In this document: positions 9,883 to 19,359 of the stretch, piece after piece
How positions within the stretch are numbered: the first letter of the stretch is position 1
How the letters are laid out: every line of letters begins with the position of its first letter
Assembly: GCA_963847625.1 (NCBI GenBank)
Contig: CAWKAR010000038.1
Location: forward strand, 32,001 to 96,000
Reading direction: 5' to 3'
From: a candidate division FCPU426 bacterium
Lineage (GTDB): Bacteria > Oederibacteriota > Muellerivitia > Muellerivitales > Muellerivitaceae
DNA length: 64,000 bases
Translations under genes and position numbers: made by a program
The notes under the pieces: model-generated
The model's input: the letters and a program-made list of their open reading frames with translations, nothing else
What the model was told of the DNA's origin: nothing
Database searches by the model: none

Positions 9883-10866
9883 TTATCTTCTGGCCCGGTA
9901 ATAATCAATGGTGTGTTTCAAACCTTCTTTTAAACTCACTTGAGGCACCCAGTGAAGCCTCTTTTTCGCCTTGGATATGTCAGGTTTTCTTCGGACGGGG
10001 TCGTCCTGGGGAAGGGGAAAACGCTTCATTTTAACTTTGGTTATTCCGCAAAGAATGGAAACCAGTTTGGCGAAATCGCGAATATTGGTTTCCTGGGGGT
10101 TACCCAGGTTGAAAACCTCGCCCGTGGTGTTTTTAGTTGAAATGGCCGCCCAAATACCCCTTACCAAATCAGTGACATAACAAAAGCTCCGGGTTTGGGA
10201 GCCGTCCCCATAAATCGTAAAGGGCTTGCCCTTCAAAGCTTGGGTGATCAAGTTTGAAACCACCCGCCCGTCGTTTTCGTTCAGACGGGGTCCGTAGGTG
10301 TTGAAAATCCGGATGATGCGCGCATCCACGTCGAACTTGTGTATATATTCATAAACCAGGGCTTCTCCCAGCCTTTTGCTCTCGTCATAGCAGGACCGGG
10401 GGCCAAAGGAGTTTACGTTGCCCCAATAGGTCTCTACTTGCGGATGAACGCGGGGTGTCCCGTAGACCTCGGATGTGGACGCGAACAAGAACTTGGTATG
10501 TTTTTTCCGGCAATACTCCAGAAGTTGAAGGCAGCCCATGGAGTTAACCAGAATGGTTTTTATGGAATTTTTCATGTAACCCGCGGGGGAAGCGGGAGAC
10601 GCCAGATGAAAAATGTAATCGGCTTTGGGGAAAACCCGGGGGAAACCCCTCCTGTTATTGCCCAGGAACCTTGGAAGCCCCTTAATGACGTCGCGGTTAA
10701 TAAATCGAAATCCCGGGTTGCCACGGAGGTGCGCGATGTTTTCCAGCTTACCCGTGATGAGGTTGTCCACGCAAATCACTTGGTGGCCCAAACCGGTTAA
10801 AAAATCGCAAAGATGGGAACCCACAAAGCCGGCTCCGCCTGTGACGATGGAATGCGTTTGTTTCAT
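9883..10866 (-). CDS. UDP-glucuronate decarboxylase-like NAD-dependent epimerase/dehydratase
   Basis: VTGGAGFVGSHL, HLASPASP, STSEVYG, RSCYDESKR, RIFNTYGPR, DGRVVSN. Confidence 0.92.
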   Translation of the reverse strand: MKQTHSIVTGGAGFVGSHLCDFLTGLGHQVICVDNLITGKLENIAHLRGNPGFRFINRDVIKGLPRFLGNNRRGFPRVFPKADYIFHLASPASPAGYMKNSIKTILVNSMGCLQLLEYCRKKHTKFLFASTSEVYGTPRVHPQVETYWGNVNSFGPRSCYDESKRLGEALVYEYIHKFDVDARIIRIFNTYGPRLNENDGRVVSNLITQALKGKPFTIYGDGSQTRSFCYVTDLVRGIWAAISTKNTTGEVFNLGNPQETNIRDFAKLVSILCGITKVKMKRFPLPQDDPVRRKPDISKAKKRLHWVPQVSLKEGLKHTIDYYRARR

Positions 10867-10950
10867 AAAACCTCAACAAGCAATGACAATATGGTTCGCA
10901 AAGTAGTGAAGTTTAACACAGGCAGGGAATGCCTGCCAGAAAAAGCAGGA

Positions 10951-12105
10951 TCAACGGATGGGATAACCGGCGCCGCCATATGGATTGGTATCGGCTTCGG
11001 TGGGGGTCGGAGAGAAGGGGGCCGGGGTGGGGGGGGCGGAGAGGTCTTTTTTAGGTTTTAAACGGATGATGACGTTATTTTGAATATCCGTGATATAGAG
11101 ACGGTTTTGCGAGTCACTGGCGATTCCCCTGAAACGGGGCAAAAAGTTTTCGTTCAAGATTTCATCCTTGGCCCTCCAAAGGCTCAAGAACTCAAAGTCG
11201 CCGTTCCGGCTGTTATAAAAATCCACTACGCCTCCGATCCCATCGGTGATGGCCGCCACCCCGGAGGGCGTAACAGCCACTCCCGAGGGCTCCTTGAATT
11301 GATAAGGGCCTTCGCCATACCAGCCCTGTACAGTGACGGGAGCCGTGTTGGTCGTGGCGGAGGATTGGTCGTTGAAAACCTCCATCCGGAAATTTCCCGT
11401 GTCGGCCACGATGGCCTGGTCGATGTTGTTCAGTGCGATCCCCCAAGGAAGATTCATGAAACCAGGCTGGGTTCCATAGGAGCCCCAGGTGAAATTAAAA
11501 ACACCCATATTGCTGAAATTCTCGACGCGGGAATTGCCCGTATCCAGGACCCAGATGTTCCCGTAATGATCCTTGAGGATGGTATGAGGCGTGTTGAACT
11601 GGCCGTTGGCGTTGCCTTGGCTTCCCCAGGAAGAGACCACCAGGCCGTTCTCATCCAGGACCACGATCCGGTTATTCAAGGTGTCGGACACGTAGATTTT
11701 CCTCGGGGGAAGGACCAGAAGCGCTGTCGGGTGGTTGAACTGGGGCGGGTTACGCCAGGTGGCGGAGGTGCCGAAGGATCCGTAGGATGTCACGGGTTTC
11801 CCGTCGGTATCCCAGACTAGGATCCGGTTGTTGGCGGTATCGGCGATGTAAAGGAGCCCGTCGGGACCGATGGCCAGCCCTTCCGGAATGTTCAGCTGGT
11901 TGATATTCGCGCCCTTGGAACCCCACATGGAGTCGAAAACGTAGAGCTTTTCACCGGACCAAGGCATGGGCGTGGGTGTCTCCGTAGCGGTTTCGGTGCA
12001 AGTGGGTGTGGGGGTGTAACGGTGCCTGGCTAGGACATAGCCCGGGCAGGAATAACTGAAAATCAAAAAAGCGAAAAAAAGATAGCCCAAAAACTTCTTT
12101 TTCAT
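10951..12105 (-). CDS. Secreted NHL-repeat protein with Pro/Thr-rich linkers
   Basis: Signal peptide, TPTPT tracts, six NHL-like repeats (WGSxG...QFNxP). Confidence 0.88.
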   Translation of the reverse strand: MKKKFLGYLFFAFLIFSYSCPGYVLARHRYTPTPTCTETATETPTPMPWSGEKLYVFDSMWGSKGANINQLNIPEGLAIGPDGLLYIADTANNRILVWDTDGKPVTSYGSFGTSATWRNPPQFNHPTALLVLPPRKIYVSDTLNNRIVVLDENGLVVSSWGSQGNANGQFNTPHTILKDHYGNIWVLDTGNSRVENFSNMGVFNFTWGSYGTQPGFMNLPWGIALNNIDQAIVADTGNFRMEVFNDQSSATTNTAPVTVQGWYGEGPYQFKEPSGVAVTPSGVAAITDGIGGVVDFYNSRNGDFEFLSLWRAKDEILNENFLPRFRGIASDSQNRLYITDIQNNVIIRLKPKKDLSAPPTPAPFSPTPTEADTNPYGGAGYPIR

Positions 12106-12115
12106 AGCGAAGTTT

Positions 12116-12144
12116 ATGCTATCGGGGGTTTATGCGGCAGTCAA
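12116..12144 (-). promoter_or_regulatory. Sigma70-type promoter for the NHL gene
   Basis: TTGACT-17 bp-TAGCAT on the minus strand, 10 nt before the ATG. Confidence 0.5.
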
Positions 12145-12305
12145 CTTAAAAGGATTTTTTCATCAGAAGCCTTTTTCATTCAAAAGCCGGGATTTTAATT
12201 TTCATTTAGATAATGGATAAAAAGGGAAAGAAATGTGGAGAAAATAGGAGGTCCATTGCGGGGGAAGATAAAATCCGAGAGGATTTGAACTGGAAAAGAT
12301 AAGGC

Positions 12306-12791
12306 TCAGGCGCCTTCCATACGGCTTTGGCAGTTGATACAGCGGGTGGCCCAGGGTATGGCTTTCAAGCGGGCCATCGGTATGGATTTTTTACATATCT
12401 CGCACAAACCGTAAGACCCATCCGTGATGTGGGAAAGGGCCTTTTCGATCCGATCCAACTCAATCCGGTCGTTTTCCATCAGGGTGAGGGAGAGGTGCTG
12501 GGTTAATTCACCCGTACCATGGTCGGCCATGTCGCCGGGAACATTTTGGTTGTCGGCGATTTCCTCGCGGAGATCCGTTTCGAGATGGTTGACTTGGCCG
12601 GTAATTGCGTTACGGCGGTCCTGCAATCTTTTAAGAAGGGGGAGATAAGCCGGGTCGATTTTAAGCCTTTTCTTGGGAGCGACTTTAAAGGCCGAAAGTT
12701 TGGAAACGGGTTTTGCTGCTATTTTGCGGGAAGATTTTTTTGTTTTCTTCCCCGAACTTTTTGAGGACGATTTACGTTTGGAACGAGCCAT
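12306..12791 (-). CDS. dksA: DksA/TraR C4 zinc-finger protein with Lys/Ser-rich N-terminal tail
   Basis: DxxD (DMAD) coiled-coil tip; YGLCEICKKSIPMARLKAIPWATRCINCQ. Confidence 0.85.
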   Translation of the reverse strand: MARSKRKSSSKSSGKKTKKSSRKIAAKPVSKLSAFKVAPKKRLKIDPAYLPLLKRLQDRRNAITGQVNHLETDLREEIADNQNVPGDMADHGTGELTQHLSLTLMENDRIELDRIEKALSHITDGSYGLCEICKKSIPMARLKAIPWATRCINCQSRMEGA

Positions 12792-13028
12792 GGTTCCCTC
12801 CAGTCCTTAATTTATGTGGTTAAAAGCTCTGGCAACAAATGGGTATTGAAAAGGTATAGAAGAGTATCTAAGGCTTCCTGAACTGTCAAGACTAAAGGGA
12901 ACCGTTATTTTTCAGCGGAATGCGAGGGCCCGGCGGGGGGATGACCGGAACGCGCGGGTTGAATTTCCCTGGTTAAGGCACATCCGGACGCCTTATACTT
13001 AAACCACCTTTTTTAAAAGGAGCGCCCC

Positions 13029-13598
13029 ATGGCCATGGGAATCATTTTAGTGGTTTTGTTCTTTATCTTAGGTGTCGTTATTCTTGCCACGCTTTATTTC
13101 ATCTCGATTTACAACCATTTGGTCCGTTACCGTGTGGAAGTGGATGATTCTTGGAGCCAAATCGACGTCCAACTCAAGCGCAGGCATGACCTGATCCCCA
13201 ACCTTGTGGAAACGGTCAAGGGGGTCATGGATTTCGAGAAAAACACCCTTACCCAGGTCATGCAGGCCCGTGCTAGCGCCATGGGCGCCGCCAACCTGGC
13301 CGACCGTATGAAGGCGGAAAACGACATCACGAGCGGGTTGGGCCGCTTGCTCGCCGTCTGGGAAAACTACCCGGCGCTGAAATCCAACGAGAACGCCAAG
13401 CAGCTCCAGGAAGAACTCACTTCCACCGAGAACAAAATCGCTTATTCCCGGGGCCATTACAACGACGTGGTGGCCAATTTCAACACGATCGTCCAGCAGT
13501 TCCCGTCCAATCTCATCGCGGGCCCGTTCCACTTCCAAGCCAGGGAATTCATGAAGGCGGCCGAAGCGGATAAGGAAGTCCCCCAAGTCAAATTCTGA
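13029..13598 (+). CDS. lemA: LemA family protein
   Basis: WSQIDVQLKRRHDLIPNLVETVKG, ENYPALKSN, ELTSTENKI, FPSNLIA. Confidence 0.95.
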   Translation: MAMGIILVVLFFILGVVILATLYFISIYNHLVRYRVEVDDSWSQIDVQLKRRHDLIPNLVETVKGVMDFEKNTLTQVMQARASAMGAANLADRMKAENDITSGLGRLLAVWENYPALKSNENAKQLQEELTSTENKIAYSRGHYNDVVANFNTIVQQFPSNLIAGPFHFQAREFMKAAEADKEVPQVKF

Positions 13599-13644
13599 TA
13601 CCGGTTGACAAGCCGCCCAATGCCGGATCCGGACCGAGGCAGGG

Positions 13645-15348
13645 ATGTTTTATTCTTTACCCGCTGAAACGGTTTTCGAGGCCAAACAACGTACGAAAAG
13701 GGCGACAGTCCTCCTATTTTTCCTCCTAGCCGTCCTTTACATTTTCTTCGCCGATCTCATGGCCGTATCCGCTTATTTGTGCGTCAAAATCAGGTTCACC
13801 TCGAGAATCATCGGGGAGGAGTTTCTCTGGATCATGATCCTGACCACCCTGACCGCGGCCGTGGTGGCCGTGGTCCATTTCATCGTTGTCCGGAACAAAT
13901 CGCTGGAGGATATGCTCGCCCAAATCAAGGCCCGGCCCGCGGACCCCGGCGATGAATACCATTCCCAATTCATCAACATCGTTTCAGAGGCCGAGGCGGC
14001 CACCGGCATCCACGGCATTCAACCGGTCGTCCTGGCCACCCCCGGGTGCAACGCCTTCTCCCTGCAGGATTCCCGGGGCCATTGCGCCATCGGGGCCACC
14101 GAGGGCCTTCTTTCCAAGCTCACCCGCGGCGAACTCTCCGCCGTCATCGCGCACGAGGCCGCGCATCTCCTGCATGAGGATTCCCGGCTCGTGACGACCG
14201 CCTGTTTCCTGTTCAGCGTTTTCGGGGATATCCACGCGGCCCTGGGCCAGGTTCTTTCCGCCGGGTCTTCGATTTCCTATTCCTATGGGCGTTCCTATGG
14301 AAGGAAGGGGGGAGGGAGCGGAGGCGGGGGATTTGGCCTGGCTGTCTCGGCGCTATGGCTTATTTCCGGGGTGGGATACCTGTTGACCCGCCTGATCAGC
14401 ATGGCTATTTCCCGGGAGAGGGAATACTTTGCCGACTCGGACGGGGTCCAGATGTGCAAGGACCCCCTTTCCCTCGCGGAAGGCCTTTACAAGATATCCC
14501 ACCGGTACCGGGGGGAAATGCCGGACGCTTACTCGGCGGTTTTCATCATGGACCCGAACCAATCCGAAATCGCCGAGCAGGAGGGTTTTTTCCCCGACCT
14601 TTTCAGCACCCATCCGCCTGTTTCCAAGAGACTCACCAAACTCCTGGGCTGGGCGAAGTCCGACGTGAAAACCCTTCAGGAGGCGGTGGAACAGGAGGAA
14701 AAATCCGCGAAACCCAGTGGCCCTGCCGAGGAAACCCCGGCGCCCGACAAATCGGGGTTCATGACATTCCAAAACAACCAATGGGTGGGGCCCTATACCC
14801 CCCTCCAGCTCCTGACCGCCGGAATCATCACCCCCTCCTCCTGGGTTTGTCCCGCGGGAAGCCAGCAGGTGGTGAAGGCCTCGGAAACGGCGGAATTGAT
14901 CCCCCTATTCCAAAAACAGGTCCAGGGGGCCGTGGCCCAGGAAGCCTGTCCCCGCTGCAAGGTCCCCCTGCTGGATACCCACTATGAAGGCGCGGAAGTG
15001 GAACAATGCAGTTATTGCAAGGGACATCTGTTGAAGGCCGGGGTCCTGGAGAGGCTCATCACCCGCGAGGAGAGGACCTTTGACCCCGAGGAAATCAAGA
15101 AAGCCAGGATTTGGAGGGACTCCCAGAAGGGCCCCCTCAAGGACCGGGACCCCTTCCCCGATATCCAATGCCCCTTTTGCAAGTGCGCCATGGGCAGAAG
15201 CGTCCACTCCATGCTGACCCAGGTGATCATCAACCATTGTTGCAACGATGATTGCGGGGCCATCTGGTGCGACGGGGGGGAATTGGAGACGATCCAAATG
15301 CTGATCCGGGACGCCCATTCCGGTTCTTCTCCCGCGAAGAACATATAA
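13645..15348 (+). CDS. htpX: HtpX-like M48 zinc metalloprotease with C-terminal GYF_2-like and two zinc-ribbon domains
   Basis: NAF, TEGLL, HEAAH (HExxH), SREREYFAD, FSTHPP; CPRC..CSYC and CPFC..C..C in the tail; directly follows lemA. Confidence 0.85.
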   Translation: MFYSLPAETVFEAKQRTKRATVLLFFLLAVLYIFFADLMAVSAYLCVKIRFTSRIIGEEFLWIMILTTLTAAVVAVVHFIVVRNKSLEDMLAQIKARPADPGDEYHSQFINIVSEAEAATGIHGIQPVVLATPGCNAFSLQDSRGHCAIGATEGLLSKLTRGELSAVIAHEAAHLLHEDSRLVTTACFLFSVFGDIHAALGQVLSAGSSISYSYGRSYGRKGGGSGGGGFGLAVSALWLISGVGYLLTRLISMAISREREYFADSDGVQMCKDPLSLAEGLYKISHRYRGEMPDAYSAVFIMDPNQSEIAEQEGFFPDLFSTHPPVSKRLTKLLGWAKSDVKTLQEAVEQEEKSAKPSGPAEETPAPDKSGFMTFQNNQWVGPYTPLQLLTAGIITPSSWVCPAGSQQVVKASETAELIPLFQKQVQGAVAQEACPRCKVPLLDTHYEGAEVEQCSYCKGHLLKAGVLERLITREERTFDPEEIKKARIWRDSQKGPLKDRDPFPDIQCPFCKCAMGRSVHSMLTQVIINHCCNDDCGAIWCDGGELETIQMLIRDAHSGSSPAKNI

Positions 15349-15687
15349 GTCAATTCATGTCTCTCCATAGGGTGTCGCATATACGAGACAACCTATTAGA
15401 AGTGGGTTTGATATATCCCCTTGTCTTTGCACGGAGCGGGAAAGGAAAAGACCAGGTTCAAAGTCTTGAAGGTGAAATGTAGGCATTAGATCGATGACAG
15501 GGGTTACAAAGGATGAAATGGTTGAAATGGCCGAATTTTGGGGGTAGTTATGTGGTGGTAGTACAATAAGTAACAAGTTAGCTGTTGGTGAAATCGGCTT
15601 AAGTCATCTTGAAAATACCGCCTTTATGCAATAGTAGCGGCACGGTCACCAGAATCAGATAATTAAAAAAGGATGTAAAGGTTAGAT

Positions 15688-16668
15688 ATGAAAAATCTAT
15701 TTTTAATACTTCTTTTTTCGAGTTTATTCCCAATTTGCGGATACGCCTTTACCGCGGACGAGTATTATCATGCGGGATTTGCGGACTATCAGGCGGGGAA
15801 ATGGAACAATGCGATCCCTTTATTGGAAAATGCAATACAACAAGATCCGAATTATTGGGAAGCGTACCAAATACTCGCTTATTCTTATTATCGATTAAAT
15901 GATATACAAAAATGTCTTCGAAATGGCGATGCAAGCATTCGAATTCATCCCAATAATCCAACCTTGCAAAATTTCATTGATAAATTAAAAACCCAAAACT
16001 TACCAGCCCCTTCAGTCGACAACCAACAAAATAATTCAGCAGTTGTTAATCCTACCCCAATACCAACATTGCCACCAATTCCAATGACCAATGGAAGTAC
16101 AACGCCTACAAATATAGCTTCATCAAAAAAAAATTCCTTTTACTTCAATCTTTCTGCCGTTACTCCGGATTATCCGAACGGATTTTCAACTGATTGGACA
16201 TCAGGCGGTAGTGTTGGAATTGCCTATGGAATTGATTTAAACAAAATGACTTCGATTGTTTTAAGTGGTCAATACAGTACATTTCCATTTAACTATACAT
16301 ACCCAGGTTTGGAATATTCAGGTGGTAGTGTTCATACGGTTATGTTTTTAGTAAACGGAAAATTCATTTTAGTAGGCGCGGAAAACCCTGTTGCATTTTA
16401 TGTAATAACAGGATTAGGACCAACTGACTTTATAATTGACACTTTAACCGCCACAAACATTTCAACAAGTCAAACCCAAACATACACTTCAACTTATGAA
16501 GCTGATTTTTCTTTACGCCTGGGAATGGGAATTGATATTAAATTAAACAAAGGAGTGGCTCTATATATCGAATCAAATGGTGTTGATACTTTTGTTTCTC
16601 AAAAAGTAGCGACCGAAGGCTATACGACCAACAATATGTTTTCAATCGGCATGAAATTCGATGAATAA
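15688..16668 (+). CDS. Exported TPR protein with C-terminal outer-membrane beta-barrel-like domain
   Basis: Signal peptide, TPR-like helices, PTP linker, amphipathic beta strands ending ...FSIGMKFDE; AT-rich relative to flanks. Confidence 0.7.
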   Translation: MKNLFLILLFSSLFPICGYAFTADEYYHAGFADYQAGKWNNAIPLLENAIQQDPNYWEAYQILAYSYYRLNDIQKCLRNGDASIRIHPNNPTLQNFIDKLKTQNLPAPSVDNQQNNSAVVNPTPIPTLPPIPMTNGSTTPTNIASSKKNSFYFNLSAVTPDYPNGFSTDWTSGGSVGIAYGIDLNKMTSIVLSGQYSTFPFNYTYPGLEYSGGSVHTVMFLVNGKFILVGAENPVAFYVITGLGPTDFIIDTLTATNISTSQTQTYTSTYEADFSLRLGMGIDIKLNKGVALYIESNGVDTFVSQKVATEGYTTNNMFSIGMKFDE

Positions 16669-16820
16669 AAAATCAAATTGTTTGGGGCTTTTTTTGTAGA
16701 ATCCCAATAAATTCCGCTTTTAAAATTACCCATATTGATTACCGCACGTGTGGGCTGGAAAGGCAATTTAGAATTTAAAACTCAACATTCAAAATTGGCT
16801 TTTACATAGGTTTTTTGGTC

Positions 16821-17592
16821 GGCATAGGCCGGAGCCCTGTAGGCATGGGCCGGACGCCCTGTGGGCATGAGCCGGACGCCCTGTGGGCATGAGCCGGACG
16901 CCCTGTGGGCATGAGCCGGGTGTCCTGTGGGCATGAGCCGGGTGTCCTGTGGGCATGAGCCGGGTGCCCTGTGGGCATGGGCTGGCACCCTGTGGGCACG
17001 GGTCGGACGCCCTGTGGGCATGAGCCGAGAGTCCTGTGGGCATGGGCCGGCACCCTGTGGGCATGAGCCGGGTGCCCTAGGAACATGGGGCTGGACGCCT
17101 AGGAACATCCTCCAGGGGTCCTAGAAACATGGGTCGGACGCCTAGGAACATGGATGTACCCTAGGAACATCCAGCCGGGTGTCCTGGGAACATGGGGCGT
17201 GCCCCTAGGAACATTCGGCAGGGGTCCTAGGAACATGGGGGATAAACCGCCCACATTCCCGTCGGAATTCGAGATACCCCCTTCGGAAAGGGCCGGGCCT
17301 CCCGTCGGAAAGGGGGATAACCTGCCCACATTCCTGCCCGCAGACGCCGGGGGTCCTGCCCGCATAGGTGGTTTTACTGCCCGCATGGGCCGGAAGTCCT
17401 GCCCGCATTTCGGGGTCTCCCGCCCGCAGAAGTCGGGGGTCCTGCCCGCATTGGTGCCTTTATGGGCACCAACACACGCACCCGTTGGGCCTTCGGCCCA
17501 AGGGCGATAAAAATCATCGAGTTATGTGACCTGGTTTGTGACCTCGCCACAGCGGCATGAGAGGATAAACCGCCCACATTCCTGCCCGCATG
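16821..17592. repeat. Composite tandem array, 21-22 bp period, four successive core-motif blocks
   Basis: 11x CCTGTGGGCAT (16836-17064), 8x CCTAGGAACAT (17076-17236), 3x CC(G/T)TCGGAA (17259-17310), 6x CCTGCCCGCA (17333-17450) plus one at 17581; counts include single-mismatch copies. Confidence 0.95.
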
Positions 17593-17694
17593 GTAACCCC
17601 TTGCGAATACGCAAAATCTTCGTTATTTCAGGGCTTAAATGGGCTGGAATAAACGGGGAAAACCGATTTGTTTTTCTGCTAACATGCTGGCCTT

Positions 17695-18729
17695 ATGGAA
17701 ATCCTACTTCTCAGACTCGACCGGATCGGTGATTTTATCCTGGGGATTCCAGCCTACCGCGCCTTAAGGCAGGCATACCCCAACGACCGGATCTCGGTCA
17801 TTGTCCCCTCGAATGTGGCCGAACTGGCCGAAGCTTGCCCCTATTTCGATGAGGTCTTCCTATATGAGGCCCTCTGGCTGAAACCCGGGGTTCCGCTCCT
17901 GGACCGTTGGAAATCCGCCCTGAAATTAATCCGGTTCCTCCGGTCCATGCCCCTGGACTTGGTCCTGAATTTCCGGTACCAAAGCCGCCTGGACCCGCTG
18001 GTCACCGGCTTCTCGGGCGCGAAAAAACGCGTTGGTTTCAACCTGGGATGGGTCAGCTGGTTTTTATCCCAAAGGGTTTCCCATCCGTCTCCCGACTTCC
18101 ACCAGGTGGACCGCAACCTGCATTTGCTGGATGCGATGGGCATCCAGGCTCAGGACCGGCAATTGGAAATTTGGACGGAGGAAAGGGACAAGAAAACCGC
18201 CGAAAGCCACATGCCTGCCCAGGAACTTCTTCCGGGTATTCCCTCCATCGCGGTCCACGTGGGCGCGGCCACGCCATCCAAAAAATGGATGGAGGAAAAT
18301 TTCTCCAACCTCATTTTCGAGCTCCATGCCATCACCCAGGCGGACATTATGGTTCTGGGCGGTGAACAGGACCTGCCGGCCGCCCATGAAGTCGTGGACG
18401 GGTTGGAATGTCCCTGCGTGAACTTGGCTGGGAAGTTGAGCCTGCGCCAAATGGCCGCGCTGATCAAGCAATGCCAAGTCTTTATCGGCTGTGACTCCGG
18501 CGCCACGCACTTAGCGGCCGCTTGCGGGATTCCGGTGGTCTGCCTTTTTTCCGCGGCCAATGAGGAGGCGGTCTGGAGGCCCTGGGGGCCCAAGGTGAAG
18601 GTGTTGACCGCCCACCCGGATTGCTCGCCCTGCCGGAGCCACGAGTGCCTGCGCACCGACGGCTATTTCTGCATGAACGAAATCAAGGTGGAGGATGTGG
18701 TGGCTGAAGTGAAGGCTTTGCTGGGCTGA
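17695..18729 (+). CDS. Glycosyltransferase family 9 (LPS heptosyltransferase-like)
   Basis: RLDRIGDFIL, HVGAATPSKKW, NLAGKLSL, IGCDSGATHLAAA, CSPC. Confidence 0.92.
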   Translation: MEILLLRLDRIGDFILGIPAYRALRQAYPNDRISVIVPSNVAELAEACPYFDEVFLYEALWLKPGVPLLDRWKSALKLIRFLRSMPLDLVLNFRYQSRLDPLVTGFSGAKKRVGFNLGWVSWFLSQRVSHPSPDFHQVDRNLHLLDAMGIQAQDRQLEIWTEERDKKTAESHMPAQELLPGIPSIAVHVGAATPSKKWMEENFSNLIFELHAITQADIMVLGGEQDLPAAHEVVDGLECPCVNLAGKLSLRQMAALIKQCQVFIGCDSGATHLAAACGIPVVCLFSAANEEAVWRPWGPKVKVLTAHPDCSPCRSHECLRTDGYFCMNEIKVEDVVAEVKALLG

Positions 18730-18734
18730 CAACC

Positions 18735-19298
18735 TTATACCAACAACAACTCATCGTCGGGCGTGAGGAAGCGCCATTTGCCCGATTCTACGTCCAGGTT
18801 CAACCCGCCGATTCTTATCCGCTTCAATTCCAGGACCTTCAGGGGTGTCTTGAATTTCGGGTCCTTCATGCTACCGAACATCCGGCGGATATGCCGGTTC
18901 TTGCCCCCGCTCAACACCACTTCCAGCTTGGTCTTGTTTCCCCCGCCACCGATGATGGAAACCTGCGACGCCTTGAGGATTTCCCCGGAATTCTCCACCC
19001 CCTTCAGGGCCATTCGAAGGTGCTCGGGGGTGACGATGCCCCTCACCAGGACCTCGTAGGTTTTCCGGCAGAAGCCGGGCTCGGTCAGGCGGTCCAAGAG
19101 CTTGGTGTTGCGGGTGAAGAGGAGCAGGCCCTTGGAATCCAGGTCCAAGCGGCCCACGGGTTTCCAGCCTTCCGCGTAGGCCCAATCGGGCAGGAGCTCG
19201 TAGACGATCTTGCGGTCCTTCTCGTCGGAGCGGGTGACCAGGTAGCCCTTGGGTTTGTTGAGCATGAAGAGGCGGGCTGAAGACGTGGGTGGCGTCAT
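18735..19298 (-). CDS. RsuA/RluB/RluE-family pseudouridine synthase lacking an S4 domain
   Basis: LNKPKGY, VGRLDLDSKGLLLFT, GKNRHIRRM, LKRIRIG; start inferred from AAGGA upstream of ATG 19298. Confidence 0.9.
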   Translation of the reverse strand: MTPPTSSARLFMLNKPKGYLVTRSDEKDRKIVYELLPDWAYAEGWKPVGRLDLDSKGLLLFTRNTKLLDRLTEPGFCRKTYEVLVRGIVTPEHLRMALKGVENSGEILKASQVSIIGGGGNKTKLEVVLSGGKNRHIRRMFGSMKDPKFKTPLKVLELKRIRIGGLNLDVESGKWRFLTPDDELLLV

Positions 19299-19359
19299 TT
19301 GAGTTCGTTCCTTTGCGATTGATTTATTCAATTTCGAAACTTTTCAAATTGAAAATCGG

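Noticed and set aside
11029..11036. G8 tract as a phase-variation site
   Set aside because: It encodes the Pro-rich tail close to the stop; the frame is intact and slippage would change little.
11080..11820. 246-aa plus-strand ORF and similar long shadow ORFs (14355-14987, 20090-20923, 20308-20991)
   Set aside because: Antisense or off-frame to well-supported GC-rich genes, with no recognisable motifs.
16782..17577. Repetitive ORFs (MPTG/AHAHR/SCPQG) across the array
   Set aside because: The 22-bp period is not a multiple of 3 and the same peptides appear in all three frames; an artefact of stop-free repeats.
16821..17592. CRISPR array
   Set aside because: Cores and linkers are only about 11 bp, linkers are related to each other, and no cas genes are present.
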